A DNA stretch of 64,000 nt from Candidatus Rariloculaceae bacterium (GCA_045561055.1 JBJKYL010000003.1:9797-73796), one strand, 5' to 3'. Numbered from the stretch's first letter, positions 9,347 through 21,307 are shown. Numbers and translations are program-made. Notes: generated by a model from the sequence alone, not told the origin.

Positions 9347-12300
9347 ATGGCTATGCTACAGCTGCTCGGACCGAAAGCTGAAACCGAGTTTCGGCTGCAA
9401 CGTCTGAGCCGACAACTCACTAGTCGCTGCGCTGCAGTGTGTGGTGTCACAGTTCGCTACCTTCACTTCGTCCATGCCGAGCGTAATTTGACGGAAATAG
9501 AGCTTGCCACTCTCGATGCACTGTTAACCTATGGTAGCGAGGCTGAGCAGGTCGATAGCGGTCACAAGATCGTCGTCGTTCCCCGTCTCGGTACTATATC
9601 CCCATGGGCTTCGAAGGCCACCGACATTGCACAGATATGTGGTGTTCCCGTTCATCGTTTGGAACGAGGTCGCTTGTACATTCTCAATGTTTCCTCTTCG
9701 ATTTCTATGGAGGAGACCGAACTACTTTTACCTCTCTTGCACGATCGAATGACCGAGTCCGTGTTGACCGAGTCAGTCGTGGAAGAGTTGCTCTTTGCAG
9801 AGCATCAACCGCTGCCACTGATGCGGATTGCGTTACAGAAGAACGGCGCTAAGGCACTTTCAGATGTAAATTCTGAGCTCGGTCTGGCATTGTCAAAGGA
9901 TGAGATCGATTATCTAGCGACACAATTCCTTGCGTTGCAGCGTGACCCCACTGATGTGGAACTCATGATGTTTGCGCAGGCAAATTCGGAGCATTGCCGG
10001 CATAAGGTCTTCAACGCCGATTGGTTTATCGATGGACAGTCTGCGAGTCGTAGCTTGTTTCAGATGATAAAGAATACGCATGCGCATGCACCTACGGGGG
10101 TATTGTCGGCCTATTCGGATAATGCAGCCGTGGTTTCTGGTGCCGAAGCCGCATGGTTCTGTGCTGATCCGGAAACCCACGTCTATGGTTCCTGGCACGA
10201 GCCCGCACATCTCGTGATGAAGGTTGAGACGCATAATCATCCAACAGCTATTTCTCCGTTTCCGGGTGCGGCAACCGGTTCCGGTGGGGAGATCCGGGAC
10301 GAAGGTGCTACCGGTAGGGGGGCGAAACCAAAAGCTGGGTTGACCGGTTTCACAGTTTCCCATCTCCAGGTGCCTGATTGGACTCAGCCATGGGAGTGCG
10401 CGAGCGTGGGTTATCCCGAGCGGATTGCAAGTTCGCTGCAGATAATGCTCGATGGGCCTATCGGCGGAGCACAGTTTAATAACGAGTTTGGCCGCCCAAA
10501 CCTAGCCGGTTATTTTCGAACATGTCTGCTTGAATGCGAGGGGCAGTGGCGCGGCTATCACAAGCCGATCATGATAGCGGGCGGCGTCGGTAACATACGT
10601 GGCGGCGATATTGATAAGCTCGAAGTGCCGCAGGGTTCGAAGCTCATCGTGCTCGGCGGCCCGGCGATGCTCATCGGGTTGGGTGGTGGTGCAGCTTCTT
10701 CACAGGGTAGTGGTTCGGCCGAAGCAGATCTAGATTTTGCATCAGTTCAGCGCGGTAATCCGGAAATGCAGCGGCGAGCACAGGAAGTCATCGATACCTG
10801 TTGGGCGCTAGGTAGTAGGAACCCGATTTTGTCTATCCACGACATCGGTGCCGGCGGCCTCTGTAACGCCGTACCAGAGATTGTCGATCAGAGCCATCGC
10901 GGTGCCGTTATCCAGCTTAGAGACGTGCCCAACGACGAGCCCGGTATGACGCCGATGGAGCTATGGTGCAACGAATCGCAGGAACGCTACATGATTGCTG
11001 TCGCTGCTGACGATGTTACGATTTTTTCAGCGATCTGCGAGCGTGAGCGATGCCCATACGCTGTTATCGGCGAGTTCACCGAGCAGCGAGACTTCAGAGT
11101 TTTCGATACGAATTTCGGCAACGAGCCGGTTGCGATGCCAATGGATGTCTTGTTTGGCAAGCCGCCGAAGATGACGCGAGAGACTAATCCCAAAAAATTA
11201 GAGCCGCGCGATTGGGACTGGTCCGATATATCTCTCGAGGTTGCTGTTCAGCAGGTGCTATCTTTTCCTGCAGTCGCGGATAAGTCATTTCTGATTCACA
11301 TCGGTGATCGCAGCGTCGGTGGTCTTGTAGCGCGGGATCAGCTGGTCGGTCCGTGGCAGATACCCGTAAGCGACGTTGCCGTTACTAACGCCAGCTACAC
11401 CGGATATACCGGTGAGGCGATGGCGATGGGTGAGCGTACTCCGGTCGCGATTTATGCAGGACCGGCGTCGGCCCGCCTTGCCGTTGCTGAGTCGATTACT
11501 AATATTGCTGCTTCAGATGTAGCAAGTTTGTCAGACGTGCGCCTCTCTGCAAATTGGATGGCGGCGGCAGGACACGATGACGATGATTATGCCCTCTTCG
11601 AGATGGTACAAGCTGTAGGAATGGATCTTTGTCCTGCTCTGGGTGTTGCGATCCCAGTAGGGAAGGATTCCCTATCTATGCGTACTACCTGGCAGGACAA
11701 TGGTGAGGAGAGCTCTGTGACGGCTCCTGTTTCGTTGATTGTCTCTGCATTCGCTCCGGTGCTAGATACGCGCCGTACCTTAACGCCTGAATTACGGCTG
11801 GACGTAGGCGAGACTGTTTTACTGCTACTCGATGTCTCTGGTGGTAAGCAGCGCCTTGGGGGATCTGCATTGGCGCAGAGTTTTAATGAGTTCGGCGGCG
11901 TTCCTCCAGATCTAGACGATCCTCAGACCATGCTGAATTTCTTCGCTGCGCAAAGGGCACTTCGAAGTAGGGATCTCATTCTTGCCTATCACGATAGAGC
12001 GGACGGAGGGCTTTTCATTGCACTAGTCGAAATGGCCTTTGCGGCCCGTGCCGGACTTGAAATCGAAGTGCCTGCATTTGTAGAGGATGTAATCAGCTAT
12101 CTATTCGCCGAGGAATTGGGCGTCGTTATCCAGGTCAGGGTTGAAGATCTTGACGATGTGCTCAGCGTACTGAGCGTCAATGGTATGAATCGTTCACAAA
12201 TCGTTGCGAGCGTTGCTACTCATGGCAACATTCGGATTCGCCGTGGCCAAGAGGAACTATTTAAAGCGCCTCGCGTCCGACTGCATCGATACTGGTCGGA

Positions 12301-13216
12301 ACTCAGCTATCGGATGCAGGCTTTACGAGATGATCCCGAATGTGCGCAGGAAGCGTATGACGCGATTCTCGACGATAACGATCCGGGCTTGAACGTGGAT
12401 CTGAGCTTTGAACTACCAAAACTCAGGTCGTTGTCGCAAGACGTTCGACCGAAAGTCGCGATACTGCGCGAGCAGGGCGTGAATAGCCAACGAGAGATGG
12501 CGGCGGCCTTCGACCGAGCTAGTTTTGAAGCACATGACGTGCATATGACGGATCTTCTATCGGGTAAAACTTCGCTTGCGGATTATCGTGGCGTTGTTGC
12601 GTGCGGGGGATTTTCCTACGGTGATGTGCTGGGTGCGGGCGGAGGCTGGGCGAAGTCGATTCTCTATAGCGACGTTGCTCGCAACCAATTTCTCGAGCAC
12701 TTCGCTCGCGAAGATGCGTTTGTACTCGGTGTATGTAATGGGTGCCAGATGCTAGCGGCACTGAAGGAACTGATTCCTGGTACTAATCACTGGCCGAGAT
12801 TCGTGCGTAATCGTTCGGATCAGTTTGAAGCACGTTTATCTCTGGTGAGGATTGAACCAAGTTCGTCGGTATTGCTAAGGGATATGGCAGGTTCGCGATT
12901 ACCAATCGTAACTTCGCACGGCGAAGGTCGCGCTGAGTTTACGTCGGAAGATGCGTTGCTGCGCGCGAACCGAGAACTTGCAGTTATTCGTTACGTTGAT
13001 AATTATGGCGAGAAAGCGCGGCAGTATCCTGCAAATCCTAACGGTTCGCCGTTGGGGCTAGCCGGACTTACAAACGCGGATGGCCGCGTGACAATCATGA
13101 TGCCGCACCCGGAACGCGTCTTTCGTACTGTGCAGCATTCATGGCATCCAGCAGATTGGGGTGAGAATTCGCCTTGGCAGAAATTGTTTGCAAATGCGCG
13201 CGAGTGGGTTGGTTAG
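9347..13216 (+). CDS. purL: phosphoribosylformylglycinamidine synthase (single-chain)
   Basis: 1289 aa with the full-length large PurL architecture. The C-terminal glutamine amidotransferase domain carries GVCNGCQ and MMPHPE. Confidence 0.97.
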   Translation: MAMLQLLGPKAETEFRLQRLSRQLTSRCAAVCGVTVRYLHFVHAERNLTEIELATLDALLTYGSEAEQVDSGHKIVVVPRLGTISPWASKATDIAQICGVPVHRLERGRLYILNVSSSISMEETELLLPLLHDRMTESVLTESVVEELLFAEHQPLPLMRIALQKNGAKALSDVNSELGLALSKDEIDYLATQFLALQRDPTDVELMMFAQANSEHCRHKVFNADWFIDGQSASRSLFQMIKNTHAHAPTGVLSAYSDNAAVVSGAEAAWFCADPETHVYGSWHEPAHLVMKVETHNHPTAISPFPGAATGSGGEIRDEGATGRGAKPKAGLTGFTVSHLQVPDWTQPWECASVGYPERIASSLQIMLDGPIGGAQFNNEFGRPNLAGYFRTCLLECEGQWRGYHKPIMIAGGVGNIRGGDIDKLEVPQGSKLIVLGGPAMLIGLGGGAASSQGSGSAEADLDFASVQRGNPEMQRRAQEVIDTCWALGSRNPILSIHDIGAGGLCNAVPEIVDQSHRGAVIQLRDVPNDEPGMTPMELWCNESQERYMIAVAADDVTIFSAICERERCPYAVIGEFTEQRDFRVFDTNFGNEPVAMPMDVLFGKPPKMTRETNPKKLEPRDWDWSDISLEVAVQQVLSFPAVADKSFLIHIGDRSVGGLVARDQLVGPWQIPVSDVAVTNASYTGYTGEAMAMGERTPVAIYAGPASARLAVAESITNIAASDVASLSDVRLSANWMAAAGHDDDDYALFEMVQAVGMDLCPALGVAIPVGKDSLSMRTTWQDNGEESSVTAPVSLIVSAFAPVLDTRRTLTPELRLDVGETVLLLLDVSGGKQRLGGSALAQSFNEFGGVPPDLDDPQTMLNFFAAQRALRSRDLILAYHDRADGGLFIALVEMAFAARAGLEIEVPAFVEDVISYLFAEELGVVIQVRVEDLDDVLSVLSVNGMNRSQIVASVATHGNIRIRRGQEELFKAPRVRLHRYWSELSYRMQALRDDPECAQEAYDAILDDNDPGLNVDLSFELPKLRSLSQDVRPKVAILREQGVNSQREMAAAFDRASFEAHDVHMTDLLSGKTSLADYRGVVACGGFSYGDVLGAGGGWAKSILYSDVARNQFLEHFAREDAFVLGVCNGCQMLAALKELIPGTNHWPRFVRNRSDQFEARLSLVRIEPSSSVLLRDMAGSRLPIVTSHGEGRAEFTSEDALLRANRELAVIRYVDNYGEKARQYPANPNGSPLGLAGLTNADGRVTIMMPHPERVFRTVQHSWHPADWGENSPWQKLFANAREWVG

Positions 13217-13317
13217 AGCAGTTGGGCGGATTTAGTGCAAACGGCGCGTTAATCTTTTTAGATAGCCTAGGTTGCTAGTTCGTCGGAGAGAAAAGGCAGC
13301 GGGGCGATATTCTCGAA

Positions 13318-14991
13318 CTATGTCGACAGGCGTTTGTATCGGAGTCGGTGTGGTTGATCGGCGTCGTGACCCTTGCGCCGTTTGAGATCCTCGGAGTAGT
13401 CCGCGTAGTTGCCCTGGAAGTATACGACCTCGCCGTCACCTTCAAAGGCGAGAATATGAGTCGCGATTCGATCGAGGAACCAACGATCATGTGAGATGAT
13501 GACGGCGCATCCGGGAAATGCTAGTAGTGCGGTTTCGAGAGCGCGCAAGGTTTCGACATCCAGATCGTTGGTCGGCTCATCGAGAAATATCACGTTACCG
13601 CCTGCCCGCAGGACCTTGGCGAGGTGTACTCGGTTACGTTCTCCGCCGGATAATAAGCCGATTTTCTTTTGTTGCTCTGGTCCGCGGAAGTTGAAGCGCC
13701 CGACATAGGCTCGAGACGGCGTCTCGTAGCTACCGATCGTTAGCATGTCCTGCCCATCTGAAATTTCTTCCCAGATCGTTTTGTCGTCGTCAAGTACGTC
13801 CCTAGACTGATCTGCGTATACCAACTGGGCTGAGTCGCCGATTCTAATTGTGCCTTCGTTAGCTATTTCCTGGCCGACGAGCATGCGGAATAACGTGGTT
13901 TTGCCTGCGCCGTTAGGGCCGATGACGCCGACGATACCACCTGGGGGGAGGCTGAACTCCAGGTTCTCGAACAATACTTTTTCGCCAAAGGCTTTTCGTA
14001 CGCCGGATGCTTCTATAACGAGATCACCCAGGCGAGGTCCAGGTGGAATGTATATCTCGTTTGTCTCGTTACGCGTCTGAAATTCTTTTGAATTGAGTTC
14101 ATCGAATCGTTGTAGTCGCGCTTTTGCCTTCGCTTGGCGGGCCTTCGGATTCGTCCGAACCCATTCGAGTTCCGCTTTGACTGTCTTTTGATGGGCGGCT
14201 TCGCGTTTTTCCTCAATTTTAAATCGGGCATCTTTTTGTTCTAGCCAGGACGAGTAGTTGCCTTCCCACGGTATGCCGTATCCGCGATCCAATTCGAGAA
14301 TCCAGCCGGCTACGTTATCCAGAAAGTACCTGTCGTGGGTGACCGCCATGACGGTCCCGGAGTATTCGGCAAGAAAACGCTCGAGCCAGGCTACGGACTC
14401 TGCGTCAAGATGATTAGTTGGTTCGTCAAGCAAAAGCATATCCGGTTCCGCAAGCAGAAGACGGCAAAGTGCGACTCGACGGCGCTCGCCCCCTGATAAA
14501 GACTTCACATCTGCGTCCCAGGGAGGAAGGCGTAGGGCGTCGGCAGCGATTTCCAGCTTTCTGTCGATTTCCCAGCCACCGGAAGAGTCAAGGGCGTCTT
14601 GTAATTTTCCCTGTTCAGTTAGGAGGGCAGACATCTCTTCGTCTTCAAGAGGTTCCGAGAACCGGTCGCTGATGGCATTGAATCTATCTACTAGCGCGAT
14701 TATTTCGCGGATGCCATCTTCGACGTTGCCGCGCACGTCCTTGTTAGCGTCGAGTTCCGGTTCCTGCGACAAAAAGCCGATTTTGATTCCTGGTTGCGGT
14801 CGAGCTTGTCCGTCGAATTCAGGATCCACTCCTGCCATGATCCGCAGTAGGGTAGATTTTCCCGCGCCGTTTAGCCCGAGGACCCCGATTTTAGCGCCAG
14901 GGAAGAAACTTAGGCTGATATCGCGGAGAATGAATCGTTTTGGTGATACAACCTTGGAAAGTTGGTTCGTGGTATAGATATATTGAGCCAC
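13318..14991 (-). CDS. ettA: ABC-F energy-dependent translational throttle protein
   Basis: Two Walker A motifs ([18 protein letters not shown]) and two LSGGE signatures. The alignment to EttA begins at VAQYIYT (GTG 14991); the ORF track extends to 15051. Confidence 0.92.
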   Translation of the reverse strand: MAQYIYTTNQLSKVVSPKRFILRDISLSFFPGAKIGVLGLNGAGKSTLLRIMAGVDPEFDGQARPQPGIKIGFLSQEPELDANKDVRGNVEDGIREIIALVDRFNAISDRFSEPLEDEEMSALLTEQGKLQDALDSSGGWEIDRKLEIAADALRLPPWDADVKSLSGGERRRVALCRLLLAEPDMLLLDEPTNHLDAESVAWLERFLAEYSGTVMAVTHDRYFLDNVAGWILELDRGYGIPWEGNYSSWLEQKDARFKIEEKREAAHQKTVKAELEWVRTNPKARQAKAKARLQRFDELNSKEFQTRNETNEIYIPPGPRLGDLVIEASGVRKAFGEKVLFENLEFSLPPGGIVGVIGPNGAGKTTLFRMLVGQEIANEGTIRIGDSAQLVYADQSRDVLDDDKTIWEEISDGQDMLTIGSYETPSRAYVGRFNFRGPEQQKKIGLLSGGERNRVHLAKVLRAGGNVIFLDEPTNDLDVETLRALETALLAFPGCAVIISHDRWFLDRIATHILAFEGDGEVVYFQGNYADYSEDLKRRKGHDADQPHRLRYKRLST

Positions 14992-15066
14992 GGAGCCCTG
15001 GATCCTTTTGGCGGAGGCGGGATTATCAAGCAAAGCGCTTGGCGTTGCCATACGAAGGAGTAATTA

Positions 15067-16029
15067 GTGACTGAACAAGTACTCGTAATCTGCGGGGATG
15101 ACCTCGCCACCTACGGCTTTCCGGACGGCCATCCGTTTGGGCCTGATCGGCACGACGCTTTCCTTGCAGAACTCGATCAATCGGCCAAATCCGCCGAAAT
15201 TGTTCGCCGTCCTCCACGTTTGGCGACTCCGGAGGAGGTCGAGTACTTTCATACGCGCGAGTATGTCGAATTCGTCCGCTCCTACTCGGAACAAGGCCAT
15301 GGTTATTTAGACGGTGGCGATACGCCTGCCTATCCTGGTGTCTTCGAGGCTGCGTCCTATGTAGTCGGCGGAACATTAGAGGCACTGGCCGAGATCATGG
15401 AGGGCTCTATCCGATGCGCGTTCGTTCCGATCGGTGGCCTACATCATGCAGCCAGAGGAAGGGCGGCAGGATTTTGTGTATTTAATGATTGTGGTGTTGC
15501 GATTGAAGCGGCTATGAATCTTTACGGTATTGAGAGGCTCGCTTATGTTGATATCGACGCGCACCATGGTGACGGTGTGTTTTACGGATTCGAAGATGAT
15601 CCGAGAGTAATGTTTGCAGATATTCATGAGGACGGACGTTATCTATACCCGGGTACCGGTAGCCGAAGCGAAACCGGACGCGGAGTAGCCCAGGGAACCA
15701 AGCTAAATATCCCCATGCCCCCCTCTTCCGACGACACGGCATTTCTTGCCGCTTGGGCAGAGGTTGAGGCCTACTTGGCAGAAAATCCGCCTCAACTGCT
15801 GTTACTGAACTGCGGCGCCGATTCTCTGGCTGGGGATCCGATCACTCACCTTGCATATAGTGAGAACGCGCATGGGCATGCGGCAACGCGGTTGCGCGAG
15901 CTGGCAGAAGAATATTGTGAAGGACGCGTGCTGGGAATGGGTGGTGGCGGTTACGATCGAACGAATCTTGCACGTGCCTGGACACGTTCGGTTGAAGGTT
16001 TCGTAGACGCCACTTCCGCGTTATTGTAA
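15067..16029 (+). CDS. histone deacetylase-family amidohydrolase (AcuC / acetylpolyamine deacetylase-like)
   Basis: Motifs GGLHHA, DIDAHHGDG and YPGTG. GTG start. Confidence 0.85.
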   Translation: MTEQVLVICGDDLATYGFPDGHPFGPDRHDAFLAELDQSAKSAEIVRRPPRLATPEEVEYFHTREYVEFVRSYSEQGHGYLDGGDTPAYPGVFEAASYVVGGTLEALAEIMEGSIRCAFVPIGGLHHAARGRAAGFCVFNDCGVAIEAAMNLYGIERLAYVDIDAHHGDGVFYGFEDDPRVMFADIHEDGRYLYPGTGSRSETGRGVAQGTKLNIPMPPSSDDTAFLAAWAEVEAYLAENPPQLLLLNCGADSLAGDPITHLAYSENAHGHAATRLRELAEEYCEGRVLGMGGGGYDRTNLARAWTRSVEGFVDATSALL

Positions 16030-16092
16030 CAGATGTACAATGCGCTTCCTCCAACCGTGCACCGCTAGCCTCTTGGGTATCCGATACTGACT

Positions 16093-17359
16093 ATGTTTAC
16101 CAATGACTATCAAATTAAGGGATTTGACGACGAGCTCTTTCGTGCGATTCAGGCCGAGGAAACGCGGCAAGAAAATCATATAGAGTTGATCGCTTCGGAA
16201 AACTATGCCTCCCCGAGAGTTCTCGAGGCACAGGGTTCGGTATTGACGAACAAATACGCTGAGGGTTACCCCGGCAGGCGATACTATGGTGGGTTGTGAG
16301 CACGTTGATATTGCAGAGACGCTGGCAATCGATCGTGCCAAGAAACTTTTTGGTGCCGCCTATGTGAATGTTCAGCCACATTCGGGTTCGCAGGCTAATG
16401 CAGCTGCCTATCTTGCGCTAATGGATCCGGGTGATACGCTACTGGGTATGAGTCTGCCGCACGGCGGCCATTTGACGCATGGGGCCAAGGTGAATTTTTC
16501 AGGCAAGCTGTTCAATGTTTACCAGTATGGTATCGATGAGAACACCGGTGAGATTGACTATGCAGCAATGGCAGCGCTGGCGCGCGAACACAAGCCAAAG
16601 GTCATCGTTGCGGGTTTCTCCGCGTATTCGCGCGTCGTTGACTGGCAACGATTTCGTGATGTAGCCGATGAGGTTGATGCATTTTTTATGGTCGATATGG
16701 CTCACGTGGCCGGACTTATAGCGGCTGGTTTTTATCCAAATCCTGTGCCGATCGCTGACGTTACTACGACGACGACCCATAAAACTTTGCGAGGACCACG
16801 TGGCGGGTTGATACTTGCGCGGGAAAATCCTAGCCTTACGAAGCGATTCAATTCTCTCGTATTTCCGGGAACTCAGGGTGGACCTCTCATGCATGTGATT
16901 GCAGCCAAGGCAGTTGCGTTTGCCGAGGCGCTAGAGCCGGAGTTCAAGGACTATCAACAGCAAGTGCTAGCAAATGCGCGCTGCATGTCTGAGACACTCA
17001 TTGATCGTAACTATAAGATTGTTTCCGGTGGCACCGACAACCACCTTATGCTCGTTGATCTCATTAAACAGGAAGTTACCGGTCAGGACGCAGAGGATGC
17101 ATTGAGTCGTGCCAATATTACGGTTAATAAGAACGCTGTACCTAATGATCCGCGGCCGCCGCGGATAACAAGCGGTCTGCGTATCGGTACGCCGGCAATT
17201 ACGACTCGTGGCTTCAAGGAAGCGGAAACGGCGCAGTTGACCGGTTGGATAGCAGATATTCTCGATGGATTTAGCAGTCCGGAAGAATTGGGTGGGGTCA
17301 TTAGTCGAGTTCGGAAAGAAGTGTTCGAGCTTTGCGAACGCTATCCAGTTTACGTGTAG
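16093..17359 (+). pseudogene. glyA: serine hydroxymethyltransferase split by a 1-nt insertion (frameshift or sequencing error)
   Basis: ORF 16093-16299 ends ...[19 protein letters not shown] 16286-17359 continues in the +1 frame as (MVG)[21 protein letters not shown]. Removing one G from GGTGGGTTGT (16288-16297) restores the canonical YYGGCE. Confidence 0.9.
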
Positions 17360-17386
17360 CACCGAGCAACGTTGTCGGGGTGGCCT

Positions 17387-17896
17387 GTGCACTGTCCGTT
17401 TTGTAGTAACGAAGAAACCAAGGTGATTGACTCACGCCTGGCCGGCGAAGGATTACAGGTGCGGCGTCGGCGTGAATGCCAGTCCTGTAACGAACGCTTC
17501 ACTACTTTCGAAACAGCAGAGCTAGTCATGCCGCATGTCGTTAAACGTGACGGACGGCGGGAGCCGTTCGATGAAATAAAACTCCGGGCTGGCATCATGC
17601 GCGCGCTCGAGAAGCGTCCGGTGAAGAGCGAAGACGTGGAGGAGAGTGTCGGCCGCATCATACATCGTCTCCAGACCGTCGGAGAGCGAGAGGTAACCGG
17701 GCAGTTAGTTGGTGGTATGGTCATGGAGGAGTTGCATGGCTTGGACGAAATCGCCTATATCCGTTTTGCTTCCATATATCGTAGCTTCCAGGATATCACT
17801 GAGTTTCAGGAGGAGATTCAGAGATTAAGATCGCGGCCTAGTCCTGTGGAAAAGCGCGAGCAGATGTCGCTCTTGCCTGACGACGGCAAGAAATGA
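17387..17896 (+). CDS. nrdR: transcriptional repressor NrdR
   Basis: Zinc ribbon (V)HCPFC...CQSC plus an ATP-cone domain. The family begins MxCPxC, so GTG 17387 is preferred over ATG 17372. Confidence 0.92.
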   Translation: MHCPFCSNEETKVIDSRLAGEGLQVRRRRECQSCNERFTTFETAELVMPHVVKRDGRREPFDEIKLRAGIMRALEKRPVKSEDVEESVGRIIHRLQTVGEREVTGQLVGGMVMEELHGLDEIAYIRFASIYRSFQDITEFQEEIQRLRSRPSPVEKREQMSLLPDDGKK

Positions 17897-19017
17897 CTAC
17901 GGTTGACGACACTGAGTTCCTGATGCGTGCGGCGAAGATTGCAGCACGCGGGCTATACACTACAGACCCAAACCCCCGCGTCGGTTGTATCTTAACTAAG
18001 GACGGTAACGTAGTGGGCGAGGGATGGCATGAACTGGCAGGTGGGCCTCACGCTGAACGCATTGCGCTATCCCAGGCGGGTGAGGCGGCGTTTGGAGCCA
18101 CGGCATATGTCACGCTTGAGCCTTGTAATTTCGAAGGACGTACCGGCGCGTGCACAGAGGCACTAATTGAAGCGAAGGTTGCTAGGGTTGTTTGCTCGGG
18201 TATCGATCCAACGCCAGAGGTAGCCGGCAAAGGTATAGCAAGCCTACGCGAGGCTGGGATTAAGGTCGATGTCGGGATCGTCGACGATACGATAACGGAA
18301 TTGAATGCTGGTTTTTTTTCGCGCTTAACGCGTGGTAGGCCATTCGTTCGTAGCAAGATAGCGGTGAGTCTTGATGGCCGCACAGCGCTCGCAAACGGCG
18401 AGAGCCAGTGGATTACAGGTGATTTGGCTCGGGTAGATGTGCATCGTTGGCGGGCTAGGTCTAGCGCTATTCTGACCAGCGTTAGTACAGTGCTAGCGGA
18501 CGATCCTTCGCTTGATGCGCGGCTAGAGGCGCCGGCACCTCCAATTAAGCAACCGCTAATAGTTGTTTTGGATTCTGATTTACGTACACCGACTAGCGCG
18601 AATGTTGTGATGAAGGGCGGTGAGGTCAGCATTTTTACGACCGATGAAGACTCTCCCGCTGCAAGCGCACTGCGGAAGCAGGAGGTAAGTATCGAGCAGG
18701 TTGGTCGCTCCCGCGGTTGTGATCTTGAAGAGGTATTTAGCCGCCTTAGCCAGCTACAGATTAACGAGGTCTGGGTGGAAGCTGGCGCAATCCTGAATGG
18801 CGCGCTAATTCGTCAGGGCCTCATAGATGAGCTCATCGTCTATATAGCGCCACAAATTTTTGGCGACACAGCTCGTGGAATGTTCGTTATCGATGAGCTA
18901 TTTAGTCTAGAACAGAGTGTCTCGTTTGAATTCAAGGATGTTCGACGGGTTGGTGATGACTTGCGCATTATCGCGAGTCCCAGTAACGTGTCTGGCCCGC
19001 AGCTCGATACTTTATAG
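17893..19017 (+). CDS. ribD: bifunctional riboflavin biosynthesis deaminase/reductase
   Basis: Deaminase motif HAE...PCxxxxxxxxC ([22 protein letters not shown]) plus a C-terminal reductase domain. Confidence 0.93.
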   Translation: MTTVDDTEFLMRAAKIAARGLYTTDPNPRVGCILTKDGNVVGEGWHELAGGPHAERIALSQAGEAAFGATAYVTLEPCNFEGRTGACTEALIEAKVARVVCSGIDPTPEVAGKGIASLREAGIKVDVGIVDDTITELNAGFFSRLTRGRPFVRSKIAVSLDGRTALANGESQWITGDLARVDVHRWRARSSAILTSVSTVLADDPSLDARLEAPAPPIKQPLIVVLDSDLRTPTSANVVMKGGEVSIFTTDEDSPAASALRKQEVSIEQVGRSRGCDLEEVFSRLSQLQINEVWVEAGAILNGALIRQGLIDELIVYIAPQIFGDTARGMFVIDELFSLEQSVSFEFKDVRRVGDDLRIIASPSNVSGPQLDTL

Positions 19018-19019
19018 GC

Positions 19020-19685
19020 GTGTTCACCGGCATCATTAGGGGCGTGGGGCGAATCGCCGAGCAAACTAATATCGGTGGTGATCGCCGTGTCACAATTGAC
19101 AATCAGGGAGCCAACCTGCCTTCACTAAATAACGGTGATAGCGTGGCGGTAAACGGGGTGTGTCTGACGGTTGTTGAGACCACGGCGGCAGGATTTAGCG
19201 CGGATATCTCCCTGGAGACACTTGGTTTAACGACTTTCGGTGAGCTGTCAACAAGCTCCGAAGTAAATCTCGAGCCGGCCCTGTGTGTCGGAGAGCCGTT
19301 GGGTGGGCACTTGTTGACGGGGCATGTTGACGGCGTCGGTCGGGTGCTTGAGGTTAAGGAATCTGCGCGATCCGCGACGATCCATCTTGCGGCAGAGGCG
19401 GAGCTCGCCCCTTATATAGCCCGGAAGGGTGCGATTGCGGTCGATGGTGTTAGTCTGACAGTAAATCACGTCGAGAATACGATGTTTGCAGTCAATTTCT
19501 CAGTCAACATTGTGCCGCACACGCAGGAAAAAACTATCATTCTCGGGTACAAGGCTGGTACCGCTGTTAATATTGAGGTCGATATCATCGCACGTTACCT
19601 TGAGAGGCTGGCTCCGAGTCGGGATGTCTCGGCCGGGATCAACCTGGAGTTGCTGAAAAAACATGGTTACACCAGTACAGACTGA
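19020..19685 (+). CDS. ribE: riboflavin synthase
   Basis: MFTGII N-terminus and two lumazine-binding repeats (GDSVAVNGVCLTV, GAIAVDGVSLTV). Confidence 0.93.
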   Translation: MFTGIIRGVGRIAEQTNIGGDRRVTIDNQGANLPSLNNGDSVAVNGVCLTVVETTAAGFSADISLETLGLTTFGELSTSSEVNLEPALCVGEPLGGHLLTGHVDGVGRVLEVKESARSATIHLAAEAELAPYIARKGAIAVDGVSLTVNHVENTMFAVNFSVNIVPHTQEKTIILGYKAGTAVNIEVDIIARYLERLAPSRDVSAGINLELLKKHGYTSTD

Positions 19686-20805
19686 TGGTGCCTGGTCGGG
19701 ACTCAACAGCACCGAAGAAATTATCGCGGATCTACGCGACGGTAAAATGGTCGTTATTCTTGACGATGAGAATCGGGAGAACGAGGGCGACCTGATTAAG
19801 GCCGCTACTACAGTAACACCCGACGACATCAATTTTATGGCGCGATACGGTCGTGGCCTGATCTGTTTAACTTTGACACGGGCGCGATGTGGGCAACTTC
19901 GGTTGCCGCTTATGGTTAGCGATACGGATAGGCGTAGGGCAACGAATTTCACCCTATCTATCGAGGCAGCGGATGGGATTACGACAGGTATTTCGGCGCA
20001 TGATAGGGCGCGCACTATCCGTTCTGCTGTTGCGCCTGACGCACGACCGGAGCACTTGAGTCAGCCTGGGCACATTTTCCCCGTTATGGCTCAGCCTGGT
20101 GGTGTACTCACAAGAGCTGGACATACGGAAGCAGGTTGCGACTTAGTTCGACTTGCGGGGCTAGAGCCAGCTGCTGTCATTGTCGAGATTCTGAACGAAG
20201 ACGGTACGATGGCTCGTCGCGACGATCTGCTCGTGTTCGCGCGCCACCATGGCGTTAAGATAGGCACGATCGCCGATTTGATAAGCTATCGACTAGAACA
20301 TGAGGATTCTGTTGAGGCGATCAAAGAGCTTGAGGTGCAGACTGAGTTTGGACCATTCCGACTCATCTCGTTCGAAGATCACGTTAATCGTTGGGTCCAT
20401 CTAGCACTCGTGCGCGGAGAACTCGATACGCAAGAGCCCTCTATGGTGCGTGTGCATATCCAAGATACGCTGAGTGATGTTGCCGGCGTATTAGATAGCC
20501 GACTGGGCTGGCCATTGCGCGATGCTATGAAACTCATCGCTGCGGAAGGCCGTGGCGTTATCGTAATTCTTCGGCAGGACGAGCAACCGCGTGACATCAT
20601 TAACGCGATAAGTGACTTACAGCGGCCCGAGAATGAGATTTTTGCTCGAAGAGATGATTCGACCGAGCTACGTACCTATGGTACCGGTGCTCAGATTCTC
20701 AGAGCTCTAGGTGTGAAGCGGATGCGGGTACTGAGTGCACCAAAACAAATGCATGCGCTGTCAGGATTTGGCCTCGAAGTTGTGGAGTACGTCTCGTCGG
20801 ATTAA
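19663..20805 (+). CDS. ribBA: 3,4-dihydroxy-2-butanone-4-phosphate synthase fused to a degenerate GTP cyclohydrolase II-like domain
   Basis: DHBP synthase motifs DDENRENEGDL and HTEA. The C-terminal domain aligns to RibA but lacks its Cys zinc ligands. Confidence 0.9.
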   Translation: MVTPVQTDGAWSGLNSTEEIIADLRDGKMVVILDDENRENEGDLIKAATTVTPDDINFMARYGRGLICLTLTRARCGQLRLPLMVSDTDRRRATNFTLSIEAADGITTGISAHDRARTIRSAVAPDARPEHLSQPGHIFPVMAQPGGVLTRAGHTEAGCDLVRLAGLEPAAVIVEILNEDGTMARRDDLLVFARHHGVKIGTIADLISYRLEHEDSVEAIKELEVQTEFGPFRLISFEDHVNRWVHLALVRGELDTQEPSMVRVHIQDTLSDVAGVLDSRLGWPLRDAMKLIAAEGRGVIVILRQDEQPRDIINAISDLQRPENEIFARRDDSTELRTYGTGAQILRALGVKRMRVLSAPKQMHALSGFGLEVVEYVSSD

Positions 20806-20810
20806 TACTT

Positions 20811-21293
20811 ATGGATACGATAATTAAAACTGTGGAAGGGAGTCTCGATGACGTACGTGGTTTGCGTTTCGTAATTGTTGCGTCACGTTTTAACGATTTC
20901 ATCGTCGAACGGTTATTGAGCGGAGCAACAGGAGCCCTGCTCAAACATGGCGCCAGCGCAGACGATATAGAAATTGTTCGAGTTCCGGGCGCTTTCGAGG
21001 TTCCGCTCGCATTGAAAAAGCTTGCTGCGTCGCGGCGATACGATGCCTTGATTGCGTTGGGTTGCGTTATTCGTGGCGCTACCCCTCACTTCGACTACGT
21101 TGCGGGTGAGGCTACTAGCGGAGTATCCCGGGTGGCTATGGAGCATGAGATTCCTATTGGATACGGTGTGTTGACTGTGGATACCATCGAACAAGCGATT
21201 GAACGTGCAGGGACAAAAGCAGGCAATAAGGGTATAGATGCAGCACTCTCCGTGATTGAAATGACGTCCCTATTCCGGCAGTTGGAGCGTTAA
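20811..21293 (+). CDS. ribH: 6,7-dimethyl-8-ribityllumazine synthase
   Basis: 160 aa. Motifs VVASRFN, VPGAFE and GCVIRGATPHFDYV. Confidence 0.95.
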   Translation: MDTIIKTVEGSLDDVRGLRFVIVASRFNDFIVERLLSGATGALLKHGASADDIEIVRVPGAFEVPLALKKLAASRRYDALIALGCVIRGATPHFDYVAGEATSGVSRVAMEHEIPIGYGVLTVDTIEQAIERAGTKAGNKGIDAALSVIEMTSLFRQLER

Positions 21294-21307
21294 CCACGTC
21301 TCGCAAT

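Noticed and set aside
16288-16296. Programmed +1 frameshift as the primary explanation for the glyA split
   Set aside because: The slip site GGG-U is not followed by an in-frame stop or an obviously hungry codon in the A-site (the next codon is UUG), and no upstream SD-like stimulator is evident. A homopolymer error or a true mutation is more parsimonious. I kept it as a low-ranked alternative in the finding.
17893-21293. FMN riboswitch controlling the rib operon
   Set aside because: nrdR, ribD, ribE, ribBA and ribH are separated by 5 nt or less, or they overlap, so there is no leader long enough to hold an FMN element in this window.
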